Assembly: GCF_009914755.1 (NCBI RefSeq)
Contig: NC_060947.1
Direction: 5' to 3' (one strand)
Length of the DNA: 64,000 nucleotides
Origin: the human T2T-CHM13v2.0 reference genome, Homo sapiens
A model generated the notes under the pieces. That model did not search any database, had not been told where the DNA came from, and saw nothing but the letters and a program-made list of their open reading frames with translations. Shown here piece after piece: positions 35,198 through 50,647 of the stretch. The position numbers and the translations under genes are program-made. Position 1 is the first letter of the stretch. The number at the start of each line of letters is the position of its first letter.

Positions 35198-35519
<322 letters not shown>

Positions 35520-35616
35520 CTATTCAATCTAGATATGAACTTTTTTTCAGTTGTATGGTGGAAAGGATTGCCAGTTGTAGAACACTAAACTAGACTGCTT
35601 TTTGCTTAATCTATAG

Positions 35617-35681
35617 GAAGAAAATGAAAAAAGAAGTCATCATAAAGACCACTCAGATAGTGAATCTACATCGTCAGATAA
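35617..35681 (+). CDS. KDM6A: KDM6A exon 22 (65 nt)
   Basis: ctatag|GAAGAA...GATAA|gtaagt; EENEKRSHHKDHSDSESTSSD(N). Confidence 0.95.
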
Positions 35682-35735
35682 GTAAGTCATTTTTAATGTC
35701 CACTTAGTATTTCTTTTTAAAAGGCATGTTTCTAA

Positions 35736-35831
<96 letters not shown>

Positions 35832-35999
35832 TAAGTCCTTGTAGTAATATTTCTGTGAACTGATGCAAAGAGTTATCCTGTGCTAGATTGGGAATTCTCT
35901 ACAATTTCCTCTTCTGTTTCATTTATTGTCATTTTTTTTAAGTTGACATGAATTTAAGCTAAACTTTTTTTGCTACATTTTACAATTAAAATTTTAAAA

Positions 36000-36132
36000 T
36001 TTTTTTTTAAAAATAGAGATGGGGTCTCACTGTGTTGCCCAGGCTTGTCTTGAACTCCTGGGCTCAAGGGATCCTCCCACCTCAGCCTTCCAAAGTGTTG
36101 GGGTTACAGTTGTGAGCCACTGCACCCTGCCA
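36000..36132 (-). mobile_element. FLAM/Alu left monomer
   Basis: agagatggggtctcactgtgttgcccagg...gagccactgcaccctgcc. Confidence 0.85.
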
Positions 36133-36465
36133 AATTTTTTTTTTTACTTAAAACTTTTCTGCAGTTTTTCATCAAGACTCTGACTATATGCTAATTACAT
36201 AATCACAAATTATATTTTTAATTATATGAAATAGTTACGTGAAAATGTATTTATAAAATATAATTGTACAACTATTAAAATAGTTTTTTTCTTTTATTGG
36301 TGAATAATTTTTATGCCTATTTTTTGTTGGGAAGTTTTCTTTGGAAAAAATTAAAAATTTAAGCATTTTCTTATGGAAAAGTAAAATATTTATAGACTTA
36401 ATTGTTTTTTCTGATTGGAACACAAGGGTTTTGAAGAAATGGTAAACTTCCACAGGTATTTGTAG

Positions 36466-36702
<237 letters not shown>

Positions 36703-37659
36703 TGAAACATGCAAAGACAGCCAGAATCTTGTCATTTATAATGAATAAAACTGAGAGTTGTTCCTGTTATAAGACTTTTTAACTGGGCTCAGATTAAGAT
36801 TTTTCCCCTTTTCATTATCTTTTTTTAGTGTAATAGCCCAGAAACATTATAACAATTTAATCTGGAAAGGGGTCATTGGAGCACCACTGGGAAATAAGTT
36901 CTTTTGGCCTGAAGACTCTGTTGTCAATCCCATCTGTTGCAGAGAGTGATGGGGTGCAGTGTTTTTGAATTTTTCTTTTAACCCAAGTAACAATAAAAAG
37001 TATGTTTTATATGTAACCGAATGCACATGTATGTATACAGCAGCAGTTTTATTGAACAATACGTTTTCCAATCTATTCTATTCTGTTTCATTTAAAAAAT
37101 AAAGTGTAGGTTGCAGTTTTCTAAGTGGATCACAACTCACGGTTTTAAAAAAACTTCATCATGTGGAGACATTACTAGACTCATTCTAATAACTAGTCTA
37201 GACTTTGCCACTAATTAGGCTTGTCACTTTTGGCAAGTTACATTTCTTCTTTAGGTCTTTTTCTTCATTTATAAAGTGAATTACATTGTTTTTAGACTTA
37301 AATTTTCCATCCAGTACTGAAGTACCATCTTCTTTGTGCTCTTTTGCATTGACATGAAATTTCACAGGGTGATATTCAAAATATTTAACAATTGCCACAA
37401 TCGCAGCACTGATCAATTAGAAGAGATACTGTTGATGACCAGTTCAGCTGTACCAATGTACTTGGGGCTGCAGGTCTCCCTCAGGTGCTTCTCTTTGCTA
37501 CTTGATGCAGCCATGGTTTGAAAACCAGACTGCTTCCTTCTTTGTTCACATTCTTACTGAGTCGTGCTTAAGAATTTTTTCAGAATAGGGCTATGCTTGC
37601 TTCTGGGTAAAATGGGTCAGTGGTTCCCCATCCTGGCTGCTGATTTGATTCTCTTGTCC

Positions 37660-37925
37660 TTTTTTCTTTTTTCTTTTTTAAGAGACAGGGTCTTGCTATG
37701 TCACTCAGGCTGGAGTGCAGTGATGTGATCATAGCTCTCTGTAACCTTGTTTAACTCCTGGGCTCAAGCAATTCTCCTGCCTCAACCTCCCAAGTAGCTA
37801 GGACTACAAGTACATGCCACCATGCCTGGCTAATTGTTTTGAGGTTCACATAATGACTTCAAGTTATTCTTCCCTCTGGACCTCCCAAAGTGCTGGGATT
37901 ATAGGCTTGAGCCACCACACCTGGT
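37660..37925 (-). mobile_element. AluJ (internally deleted) nested in a MER5-like hAT element (about 37618-38058)
   Basis: Antisense Alu; flanks cagtggttccccatcctggctgc and gattctaatatacagccaggattagaactattg. Confidence 0.8.
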
Positions 37926-38324
37926 AGCTTTTTAAAAGTATGTAATTAATTAATCTCTAGGATTCAGATCCAGGCATGAGGGTAGGTGGGTGGGTTGGTT
38001 GGTTTTTAACTGAGGTCCCCAGAGGATTCTAATATACAGCCAGGATTAGAACTATTGGTTATAATTGTTATCCTCAGACCATTAGAAGCCCAATTCTGTG
38101 ATATTTTATCCATAGTCAGGTAAAGTGCAAAGAGTTCTGGAATAAATGATAGAAGAACTATGTTCTGCTCTGTACTCTGTCATTGGACACTGATATAAAT
38201 GTTGGGCAAAAAACATTATTTTGAGTACCTTGTTATGGGGTAAACACTGTTCCTGGAGATTAGTTCATAAGGAAAAAAATGGTAATGATATCTATAATAG
38301 CTAATATTTATTGCTTACTGTGTA

Positions 38325-38478
38325 CAGATGGTCCCTGAGTTGAAATGGTTCAACTTACCACTTTTGGACTTTATGGTGGGTTTATCAGAGTATTAAATGC
38401 ATTTTCAACTTAAGGTATTTTTCAACTTACTATGGGTTTATCAGGATGTAGTCCCATCTGTAAGTTAAGGAGCATCTG
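38325..38478. mobile_element. MER47/Tigger5-family MITE nested in an antisense MIR
   Basis: TA|CAGATGGTCCCTGAGTT...AAGTTAAGGAGCATCTG|TA terminal inverted repeats with TA TSD. Confidence 0.8.
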
Positions 38479-38844
38479 TATTAAGCACTGTTATATGCAT
38501 TCATTAGTTTATCAATCTTCAAAACAACCCAACAATTTATAGAGATTATTATTATCTGTTCTTACATATAGGGAAACTGAGTCAGAATGGTTTACCAACT
38601 TGCCCAGGTTCAATTAATGACTAAGCCAAGGAGTCTGGCTCCAGAGCCTAATCTCTTAACCATGATTATACTGCCTATCATAGAAGCTCTTACTGAGTAT
38701 GTTAGGAGTTGACACAAAAATGCTACAGTGATGAAGAACTAAATACTACTAGAGTGTTCTCTGTTGAGCATTTGTAAGGTTTTGTTTCCAAAGACCCATT
38801 TTTCTATAGAATTATAGTGTGATGATTAATTTTTTTCTGTATAA

Positions 38845-39021
<177 letters not shown>

Positions 39022-39499
39022 TAGGTTTCCAAAGTAAATTTTCTTAAAACATATATTAGAAAGCAGTAATTGTAAACGACAACTTACCAAGCTGGATCTC
39101 CTAATGGATACATTGCCAGTATTCACTTACCATTCAGCGAAGAATTCATTTTAAATTATTTGATTCCAAACCTCATATTTTGTGTTATTGGAAATACTTT
39201 AAGAAAGATGCCATGAAACAACTTCATGCAGTAGTAGTACCCATGAATTAAGAAGATAGAAAAGTTGAGTTATTAGTTTAATTTTTAAAATGATGCATAC
39301 TTATTCATTTGAAATGTGTGTATTCCAAGAAAAATTGTTTTGTTATAAATGGTTTTAGGAAGTAGAAGGAATTCTTTATTGAGCACCCGTATAGGCTGTG
39401 AATAACTCAAGCTTGACCATAATACCTTTTGCCATATCATGATATAAATTCTTTTTAAACTGACAACTTTTTCTATGAAGAAATTTTATAAAATGTATT

Positions 39500-39637
39500 A
39501 TTTATTTTTTATTTTTAAATAGAGATGGGGTTTCACCATGTTGCCTAGGCTGCTCTTGAACTCCTGAGCTCAGGCGATCCACCTGCCTGGGCCTCCTACA
39601 GTGCTGGATTACAGGCATGATCCACCACATCCAGCCC
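39500..39637 (-). mobile_element. FLAM/Alu left monomer
   Basis: agagatggggtttcaccatgttgcctagg...ccaccacatccagcc. Confidence 0.85.
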
Positions 39638-40001
39638 AGATTTTGTTTTCTCTAGTTGAAAGAACTTGGATAGTTCCTTTCCTTAAGATCCCAGAAATAG
39701 CTTTTATTTACTTCTGTGTCTTGTGTTAAAAAGTACTTTGGAATTTTTTTTTAGTTGGTTTCAATTTGATCATTTGTCTAGATAGAACCTTACTCTCTTC
39801 TTTTCTAGAACCTTATTCTCTTCTTTTCTAGAAAGTACTTCATTATATAAGGACCTGGTATTTTCATTTAGTAATAACATTAGCAAATTAGTATAGGATG
39901 AAAATATACATTATATACACATTTGGTGTTATGCCCCCACCCCAATTAAAGGGGGAAAACACCCACAGAAAACATTTACATGAGATTACTTTGAAAACTA
40001 A

Positions 40002-40329
<328 letters not shown>

Positions 40330-41382
40330 CCATACTAACTTCTAATTTCTTACTTTGGTTTAAGAATCTTTGCTGTAAATATTTGGATTTAGTAAGAAGT
40401 GCATCGTAGTTGAAAAACAAAAAAATATATTAATCCACAGTTTCCTTATATAAAAGCAAGAGATAATTACCTTATGTTGTCTTCTCTATTCATATATTGG
40501 TTTCCTTCAATGTAAGAAAGCCAAAGATACAGAGTTTTAAAGCTTCTAATGTACTGATGAAATAACCTGATTACTTTAATCTGTACTTTTTTTATGGACC
40601 AGTAGCAGCAGAGAAAGAACATTGTTATATGGGAAATCTCCATTGTGCTATAGAAAGATTTTTATTTCTTAAACTTTGAGTTAATACTATATTGTTGCAG
40701 CTATAGTACAGGAATCCTTGTTCATTGTTTCTGAGTAGGGACTGGCTATTTTTAGGGTGTAGTTTTGTTTCCTATCTAAATGGAGAGGTGTCTTGGGAAA
40801 AAAGATAATTAGAATAAGCAGATGATGTCCAAAAAGCTTGAGCGTAGGGATAATAAAAATATCAAGTTAGAAGGAAGGGTTAGGTAAATCTAATAACTCA
40901 GTTGTGAAAGTAGTACTTGCTTCTTCAGCATTTCACTGTAATTTTGTTTCACATAAAGATTGTTGCTTTTGATAGTGACTGTATACTGTATCTGTAGTTT
41001 ATTTTATGGCTTTAAATAATACCTGTCTTGAAATAACCATTCTTTTGAATATATGATTAAAATGATGCATGCTTTTTGGTAAGTTTGATTTTTGGGGCGG
41101 GGGGTGTCTGTTTGGGATTACTTGCTTGCTTTTGGATAAAAAGTTTTCTCTAATTTTGTAATGGCAATACATGGGTGAAATAAGGCTAGGATTTGTGTCT
41201 ATAGCCATTTTTTGCTTTATAGGCAACTTTTTCTGGACTGTATCTACTTGGCCTTGTCACACACAATAAGCCAATCCTTATCCCTTTGCAGTTAGGCTAC
41301 CATTTGCACTCTAGTCTAAACTTTCAAGAGTAGCCTTGCATTTTTCAAGAGAGAAAAAGAGAGACTAAGGTTCTTTCTAGAT

Positions 41383-41594
41383 CATAGTTTGGCGATTTCT
41401 TTTCCATGAAGGGCCAGATAATAAATATTTTCACCTTTCCTGGTCATGCGCTGTCTGTCACAACTGTGTCATTATAGCACAGACACAGAGATAGTACGTA
41501 AGTGAATGGACATAGCTGTATTCTAATGAGTTTTTTTTACAGAAACAGGCAGTGGGCTGAATTTGGCCCGTGGGCCATAGTTTGCCAACCCTTG
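41383..41594 (+). mobile_element. MER58A
   Basis: gggccagataataaatatttt...tttggcccgtgggccatagtttgccaacccttg; TSD ttctagat/atctagat. Confidence 0.88.
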
Positions 41595-42236
41595 ATCTAG
41601 ATAAAAAATTAAATTTAAACCAGTAAAAACAATTGTAAAGTATACTTTATCATGTGCTATAGCACAAGACAAATAAAGTAAGATTATTTCTTAGATCTTA
41701 AGGAAAGGAACATTTTTACTGTGTAAGTTCTTCCTTCCCCAAAATATGAAATTTGAAGTGGTTAATTCAATTTTATAAAGTTCTTTTATGGGAAAGGTTG
41801 CTATGTTGTTTAAAAAGTACTTCATATCATGATGGAGAATAAGAAGCCAGATATTAAAATAAAAGCTTAATAATATCTAAGGAATGTTTCCAAAGTATAT
41901 TGGTAGTAGTGGTCATGATTATTTGTGCATGTGCGTGATTGTTTGTTTTTGCTGAAGTTGTTTTGAACTGCATAGTTTTAATCAGCTAATCATCAAACTA
42001 TATGGAGTCTGACATCCAGTCTCCTTTTCCTCAGAAATTAAGGGAAGTTCCTGGTACTTGTATTGCCACAGTGTTCCTGTTTATGGATTTAAATGACTTG
42101 ATGTCAACTCCACCTTCCATTTACCTTTTAGGGATTTCTAGGTGCTCCAGGGAGAAGGCTTCAGTCAAAAATAGTCTTTGTTGAAATGAAATTGAAAGTG
42201 AATTTATGTGTTACTTGAAAGTAGCTTTGGATTTCA

Positions 42237-42596
<360 letters not shown>

Positions 42597-42733
42597 TTAG
42601 TAATTTAGTACTCAACCATAATTACACACTCTATATACATACAGCAGATCTTTTTGCACAAGCAATTATGTTTCAATAAAATGAACAAGTGTTTATTTAA
42701 AAAATTTGTGACATTTTCTTCCAGTCTTACTAG

Positions 42734-42991
<258 letters not shown>

Positions 42992-43369
42992 TAAAAAAGT
43001 TAATTTATAAAGGATTATATCCAATAGGACTGTTCCTTTTTTCTTGAAATATAACTCACTAAAAGTTGTAAGAAGAATGACTCCTTGCATAGAATTGTAA
43101 TTCGTAGTACAACAAATTAAATTCAAGTTAACAAATAGAAATCTAAGAGCATAGATGTTAGCAAATAACAAGTTTATGGCTTTAATATACATGAAGGTTA
43201 TAATAATAAATTTTAGAGTGCTTGGTTTTATTTTAAAAAAACCCTTATGAGAGAAAACAAAGTAGAAAAATTATTCTTTCACATTTAAAAAAATCTAGTG
43301 TTTCATATGAATAGCTCTGTAATGTCAAAATCTGTTTGAATTATGCCTGCCTTCAGGCAGTACTCACTT

Positions 43370-43620
43370 AAGGTTAAGAATGTGGAGTTTAGAGCCAGAA
43401 AGACCTGGATTAGGACCAGGATCTGGCTCTTGTAACTTTGGGCAAGTTATTTAACCTCTCTGGTCCTCGATTTTTTCATCTGTATAATGGAAGTAATGAA
43501 ATTAATAAGGTGATGGTGAAGAGTAAATGAGATAATGGGTAAAAATAAAAACACAGTGCTTGGCACATAGTCATAGGAAGTGCTCTTTATATGATTGCTA
43601 ATATTATTACTACTGTAATT
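43370..43620 (+). mobile_element. MIR
   Basis: tttgggcaagttatttaacctctctg...catctgtataatgg...cagtgcttggcacatag. Confidence 0.8.
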
Positions 43621-43744
43621 ATCATAAAGCATAAAAATTATTTTTATAGTGTTTTGAGGTTTTCAGAATTGATGTTGAAGATATCACCTGAGCAGGTGAT
43701 AATGGTTATCTTCATATCTTTTGGTACTTTGGGTTGCTTTATAA

Positions 43745-43906
<162 letters not shown>

Positions 43907-44508
43907 TAAGTCTTTTCTAAAACTGCTGTAGTCCCTCTCTTTTTGGGGAGTGTTAACTATTAAGTTTTTTTTCTCCCTTAGAATTACGTTGACATCAAAG
44001 CAAAATGGTGCAAAAGTCTAGCAGAATGTATTATGAGAATCCACATGTTAAAAATATTTTTCCCTTTCAAATAGCCCACTATGGTACAGAAAGGAAAAAA
44101 AGACCTATGATTATAAACCAGTAGAGTCACAGACCTGTGCTTCTTTCCCATTTCCCTCTGAACCACCTGATATCCCAGGATAACTTTAGTTTTAATATGA
44201 AAATCTACCATTAATAACTTGAGGGGAAAATGGCATCACAGAATATTTGTTGTCACAGACAAATTAGCAGTTAATATAGGGATTTGACTAAAATGCTGAT
44301 TTTTTAATTTTTAATTAAATCATCTATTTTTTAAGTATCTCTTTTCTGAGCTACTTAAAAAAATTTAGTATAAGTTATATAAATTCTTACCTAGGGACCT
44401 AGTTTGAATACATATATACCAGTAAGCTTCACATTTGTTTTCACAGTTTCTATCTTAGCCATTTTGTAAATCTATTTAGAGGTACTATTTTCAAATAGTG
44501 CTATATAG

Positions 44509-44774
44509 CAGTGTTTCCCTAAACTGTGTTTTCCACTACTAGCTCTGTCCCCAAAAGATGGGGAATTCTGGCTATGGAAATATGGGAAATGATAGATTAA
44601 AGTTCAGCAAGTGGACAAGTCCTTTATTTTTTGTAAAATATTTCAGATACTGTATATGTTAATGTAATTTGTGAATGAGGGAGAAGAGTTATAGTGTATG
44701 GTATTTCCCAAACTTATTTGACCAGTATCTTTTGAAGAATTAGTTTTCTCAAAAGCTCATTTTGGGATACACTG
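44509..44774. mobile_element. hAT-Charlie MITE (subfamily not assigned)
   Basis: TIRs CAGTGTTTCCCTAAA / TTTGGGATACACTG; degenerate 8-bp TSD ctatatag/ctttatat. Confidence 0.7.
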
Positions 44775-45584
44775 CTTTATATTAATTGATAAAAATAAGT
44801 TTGTCTTAGTCTTTGTTAAAATAGAGTTTACATTAAGTATTTCTCCTGCAGATATATTAATTTGGTCAGCATGTGTTGTTTTCAAAATACTGTATTTTGA
44901 AAGTAATCCTGGTTTGTTAAAATGATTTCAAATCTAGATCGAAACTTTTATTTAAACAAAAGTTGTGTGGCCAAGGTAACATGCCTATAAATTATTTTAT
45001 GACAGTCTTTTCTCAGTTGCACCATTTTACCTAGTTATAGGTAGAAGGGTAGGGGAGACAAAAAGGACCAAAAGCCAAATTATAGCGAGTAATGTACTAC
45101 AAATTCTTTAGAACATTGGATCTTAGGTACCATACTCTCGATAAATATAATTTATAGTGGGGTGGGGAATTGTCTGTCCATTTATCCTGTTATATGTCAG
45201 AATGGTACTTTACCCTGAATAGCAAGTTCAGTGTTATTTTTTGAAACAAAAATGACCTAAAGTCACTGAAGGTGTTTAGTAGATCACTTAAAGGTAGTTC
45301 AAGGTACAAGCCATTTATCTAACAGCTATATAGACTGAAAGTAACTCATTACATTATGAGTAGATTAGGATTTTATAATTGGAAAGGATTTTAAGGTCAC
45401 TTAATCAGCTCCTACTTAATATAGTAATCTCATCTGTATTCATAATTTGTGGTCATCCAGTGACTTCTTAAACATTCTTTTCACCTCACTATAATTCTTG
45501 CAAGTTCTTTACAAAATGGCCTAAAGTCTACCTGTCATTTGGTCCCAATTTCCTAAATATATTTAGGATTTCTGCAGAATAAAT

Positions 45585-46700
45585 CCCATTCAACAAATGT
45601 TTGAAAACTCACTCTATGCCAGACACTGTTCTAGGCACTGATGATGGACATACCAATGTTTAAGATGAAATTCCTGTCCTCTGGAGACTTCAATTCTAGT
45701 AGAACAAGACAGAAACCCCCAGTATAATTTATTTATATGAATAAGATAAAATACAATAATATTTGGGAGGAGGGAAGGTCGGAGTGCTCCTTTTGCTTAA
45801 CTGGTCTGAGAGTGTGAGTTTTCTGCTTAGCCCTGAATAATGAGATGAAATCAACTACACAAAGATCTATGGGTAGAACCTTTCATATACAGAGAACAGA
45901 TGAAGGCTAAATTGGGAATAACTTTGGCATGTTTATGGGACAAAAAGGCCAGGGTGACTATAGCTGAATGAGAGAAAGGAAGAGTGATGGTGATAAACTT
46001 AAGCAAGCAGGAATGAGATCATACATGGGCTTTCTGGACATGGTAAGAAGTTTATATATTAATTCTAGGTGTTACAGCTTGCCATAGAGGATTTTAAGCA
46101 GGAAAGGAATAGGTTTCACTTTAAATTTAGAAAATGGATCTAGTGGGTGCAGTGGCTCATCCCTATAATCCTTGCACTTTGGGAGGCCGAGGCGAGCCGG
46201 ATCACTTGAGGTCAGGAGTTTGAGACCAGGCTGGCCAACATGGCGAAACCCCATCTCTACTAAAAATACAAAAATTAGCCGGGCATGGTGATGGGCACCT
46301 GTAATCCCAGCTACTCTGGAGGCTGAGGCGGCAGGGGTGGTGGGGCGGGGGGTTGCAGTGAGCCAAGATGGTGCCACTTCACTCCAGCCTGGGTGAAAGA
46401 GTGAGACTCTCTCTCAAAAAAAAAACAAACAAACAAACAAACAAAAAAAAAACGGATCTAATTGCTGTGTGTGGAATGAGTTCCAAGGGGTAAGCTTAGA
46501 AGTAGGGAGGACAAATTAGGAGGCAATTGTAACAGTACAGACCAACCTGGACAGAGATTTCCCTGTAAAAATAGAGAGAGGGGGTCAAACTAGGGAGTCT
46601 TATGGAACTAAAGCTTGTAGAACTTGCTCATAGATTAGGTGGTTGAGTGAGAGGGAAAAAGGAACCAAGGAAAACTTATAGTCTTTTCTTCTTGTTGCCT
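45585..46700 (-). mobile_element. L2 (antisense) interrupted by an Alu
   Basis: cattcaacaaatgttt...ctctatgccagacactgttctaggcactg...gattttaagcaggaaag. Confidence 0.75.
46143..46448 (+). mobile_element. AluSx/Sz with (AAAC)n tail and a G-rich internal replacement
   Basis: TSD AAAA(T/C)GGATCTA. Confidence 0.9.
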
Positions 46701-49614
46701 GATTGTCATTAATGTAAACATTAATCACCTCTATCATCTTTTCCATTCCCTACCCCACCCTCAATATTCTTGATACCCTTTGAGACTCCTTCCAGTTTAT
46801 CATTAAAATGTTGAGGTATCGACATTTATGTTGTTATAAAGTTGTCTTGTGTTGAGGTTGGACACACAAAATTTGTGTGTTTTTCTACTTATAATTTATA
46901 GTGATACTGTTGTTTCTTATACATTTCTTTTTTTTAACCTAGATGCACTTACATTCTTATCTATACTCCATTTTGCCCTACGCTACAAAATGTCTCATCA
47001 TTTAAATCTTGATTGCATTCCTGTGATATTAACAATTCTTCTCCCAGCTTGAGTACCTATTGACACACCAATTGAAAATGTTAACCACAAGTCTAGACCC
47101 CTAGGCCTTGCTTTATAAGCCTCCCTTTTTGAAATAATTGTCATTGAGCCATTGCTAAAAATGTACTTTTCAGCAGCCAACATGGCTCCCTTTCTTTGAT
47201 TTAATGAGTCTTTGCTTATTGTATGCAAGGCTCTAGGCTAGGCCCTGAGGGTTTATAAATACATGGTATAGGTCCTTTCTTCAAGTAACAGTTAGTGCAT
47301 ATAAATAAAATAGATTGAAAGAAATTCGGTGATAGATCCACTGATGTTTCCAGCCCAAGGAGTCAGGTCTTTTTAAAAAACTGTGCATTCTGGGGAAGAA
47401 TGTATTTTGTGTGATGGGTGAAAATGAGGAGGCAGGGAGAAGAGAAAGGAATAGCACTTAAGCCAGCTTAAAACCAAACTCTTGCACCATGAGAAAGATG
47501 CCCCAGTTCATCCATAAAATAGCATACATACCATATCTCCTTAAGTCCAGCACAGTTACGTTTTCATCCAGTGAAAGAATAAATCCCTTTTCTTCACTTG
47601 AGCACCAGGCAAAATAGTTGGCTTGTGTAGAGAGGCCATGTTGTATGAATAACTTCAGTCTTCAACCGCTAAAGTCATACTCAACATGGTAATTTTGAAA
47701 GGCTCGGAGGAACTCTGTAGAGGAATAGCAAATGTATACTCCAAGTAATGTTCTCTTCCTCCTGCTGTCATTCTCTCCACTATACCTCTCTTTTTTGCCC
47801 TCCCTCCTGATTACCCTCCCTGCTGTGCATTTGCGTGAGCTTAAATGTATATACGATACAACTGCTATATGTTTATTGTCCATAATTGGTGGTATGTTTT
47901 GGCTTGAGTGCAATGTGTGATGAGTAGTAAAATAAGATACAGTTGTAAAAGTTGGTTAGAAGCCAATTATGCTTTGTGTACCAAACTTAAGACTTTCTTC
48001 TGTCAGAGAGCTCTTGGTGGGTTTTTAATTAATATGATCTAATTTAGGTTTCGTAAAGGTGTTTCTAGCTATTAAATAGAGCAAACTTTTGGATAGTAAG
48101 AGGAAGGAGTGAATGAAAGATTCTTTGGCTTTTAAGTCTGGATACTTAGATGGTTTAATAATAATGCTAGTTAATAAATCGGGCTCAGTACTTAGCCAAG
48201 CACTGAGCAAAGTGCTTCCCAGACTGTATTATTTCTCACAGCATCCCAAGGTCATTCAATTGACTAGAGGTAGAGCCAAGATTTAAACCCATATCTGTCT
48301 GTGAAAGTGCTTGAGTGAATCTATGGCACATGACTTCATTTGGGGGCAAGTTTGGGGAGCCATTAAAAGAGTTAGATAGAGCTATTTAGAAGAAGCTGAC
48401 TAGGGAGTCTTCTACCTAGGAGTTGCTGACTGTCTTGAGAGGAAAAGGGAAGAAAAAGTTGGGGATAGCACTTTGTGGGGGATATGCCTGTTTAAGAAAA
48501 AGAAATACGTGAGCTATATAACAGGAGAGCATGGAGACTGTATTGTTGCAGAAATAGAGAAGGAGGTCTTTTTCCACAAGCACAGTTTTGCCGTATAATT
48601 GTTATATCCATATCATTGCTCTGGTCTTCAAGTCTAGTAGTTCCTGCCAAAAAATGAAGTGCTGTTGGTTTTTTCTGGTTTGTGAGCTGTGCCAGTTCTT
48701 AATAAATGGTTTTCCCTTGCCATTCCTTCCCTCTGCTTTGAGTTATTTTCTTCATCTCCTGTTCACTCTGCCACCCACAGCAGTTTGGCTTTCTACCCTT
48801 GGTAAGCCCAACACTTCTCTTGTTGAGGTCACCAGTGACCAACTGTTGTACATCTGCAAAGGCACTAATGTACACTTTCTTCAGAAATCTACCTTTTTTA
48901 AGCCTAGCATGTGAATGCCTCAAATCTGATTCCCACTTGCCTTGTCAGCCATTTCTCCCACTGCTGCTTTTAAATGTGTGCTTGAATTGTTTTCTATTTA
49001 TTAATATTTTTACCACTCCATTTGCTATTTTAAACCATCTTTAATATGAACTGCAGTTTTTACATCTCCCCCTTTTTTTCCTTTGAATCATCTTTTAATA
49101 AAGCATTAATTCTGTATATGTTGAGCATACGAATTATAGGCTATATTAAAAGAAAAAATAACAGCTAAATGAAATGAAATAGAGAAGATATACAAACATA
49201 GTCTTCTTCCTTAATTCTCCCCTGAATTGTTATTTTTAATTCTTAAATACTGTGAATCTACAGTGTGTAATTTTTAGGCTTTCATAGTTAAGTGGTAAGC
49301 CCGCTCAACCAAAAAGAATGTAAGCAAAATTTACCTTGTGCCTTCTCATCCGCTCCCTCCCTCCCTCAGCTCTACCCAGTTCTTTTTATTCAGTGAATGT
49401 TTATTGTGTACTGCATTGGTACCCAGGTTTGTGCTAGGTGAAAAGGATTTGATCACTTCTCAGACTGCTCAAAGTGAATTGAGAAACCGTCAAACCATTA
49501 AAACATGTGATCTTTAATGATAGAGATATTGGTAAGAAACCATGGTGGGGCAGCATAGAGGAAGGTTCTTCCGAAAGAGTGGAAGGTTCAGTAAAGGCTT
49601 CACCAGAAGTACTA

Positions 49615-50647
49615 CAGCTTCGCAGTCTCTTATTGTAAACCCTTTAGACTAAATGTGTTTTGGAGCTAAGAATTTTTAGATTTAGCAAAAACCACAGTGA
49701 GATACCATCTCACACCAGTCAGAATTACTATTATTAAAAAGTTAAAAAATAACAGGTGCTGGCAAGGATGTGGAGAAAAAGGAACAGTTACACACTGTTG
49801 GCGGGACTGTAAATTAGTCCAACCATTGTGGAAAGCAGTGCAGTGATTCCTCAAAGAGCCAAAAGCAGAACTACCATTCAACTCAGCAATCCCATTACTG
49901 AGTATATAACCAAAGGAATATAAATTATTCTATCATAAAGACACATGCACACATATATTAATTGCAGCACTATTCACAATAGCAAAGACATGGAATCAAC
50001 CTAAATGCTCATCAGTGGTAGACTGCATAAAGAAAATGTATATATACACCATGGATTACTATACAGCTATAAAATAAGAATGAGATCATCTTTTTTCCAG
50101 GAACATGGATGGAGCTGGAGGCCATATCCTCAGCAAATGAATGCAGAAACAGAAAACCAAGTGCCACATGTTCTCACTTATAAGTGGGAGCTAAATTATG
50201 AGACCACATGGACGCATAGAGGGGAACAACAGACACTGGGACCGATTGGAGTATGGAGGGTGGGAGGAGAGAGAGGAAAAATAACTAATGGATACTAGAC
50301 TTAATACCTGGGTGACAAAATAATCTGTACAACAAACCCCCATGACACAAGCTTACCTATAACAGACCACATGTACCCCTGAACTTAAAAGTTAAAAAAA
50401 AGATAATGTTTTTTAGATTTAGAAAGGTAATTGAGTACATTTATAATATATCGTACCTTCCCAGCAGGGTCTGTTGCAGTATCCTGGGAACGAACATATT
50501 AGTATTTCAGCACTAAAACATAGAAATAGTCACTCTAATGAGCTAAGTGAATACCGTAAGTAGCCCCAGGTCAAATTTCAGCACCACATGAGTTTATGCA
50601 AGATTTATGAAAAATTTGTGGGATTATAATAAGGGATTATGAACCTG
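49615..50647 (+). mobile_element. MER46C-like Tigger element split by an L1 insertion
   Basis: TA|cagcttcgcagtctcttat ... ataagggattatgaacctg|TA; body resumes tttagaaaggtaa...ccagcagggtctg after the L1. Confidence 0.7.
49686..50402 (+). mobile_element. 5'-truncated older L1PA (about L1PA13-16) 3' end
   Basis: gagataccatctcacaccagtcaga...taatctgtacaacaaacccccatgacaca...gaacttaaaa; TSD core TTTTTAGATTTAG. Confidence 0.88.
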
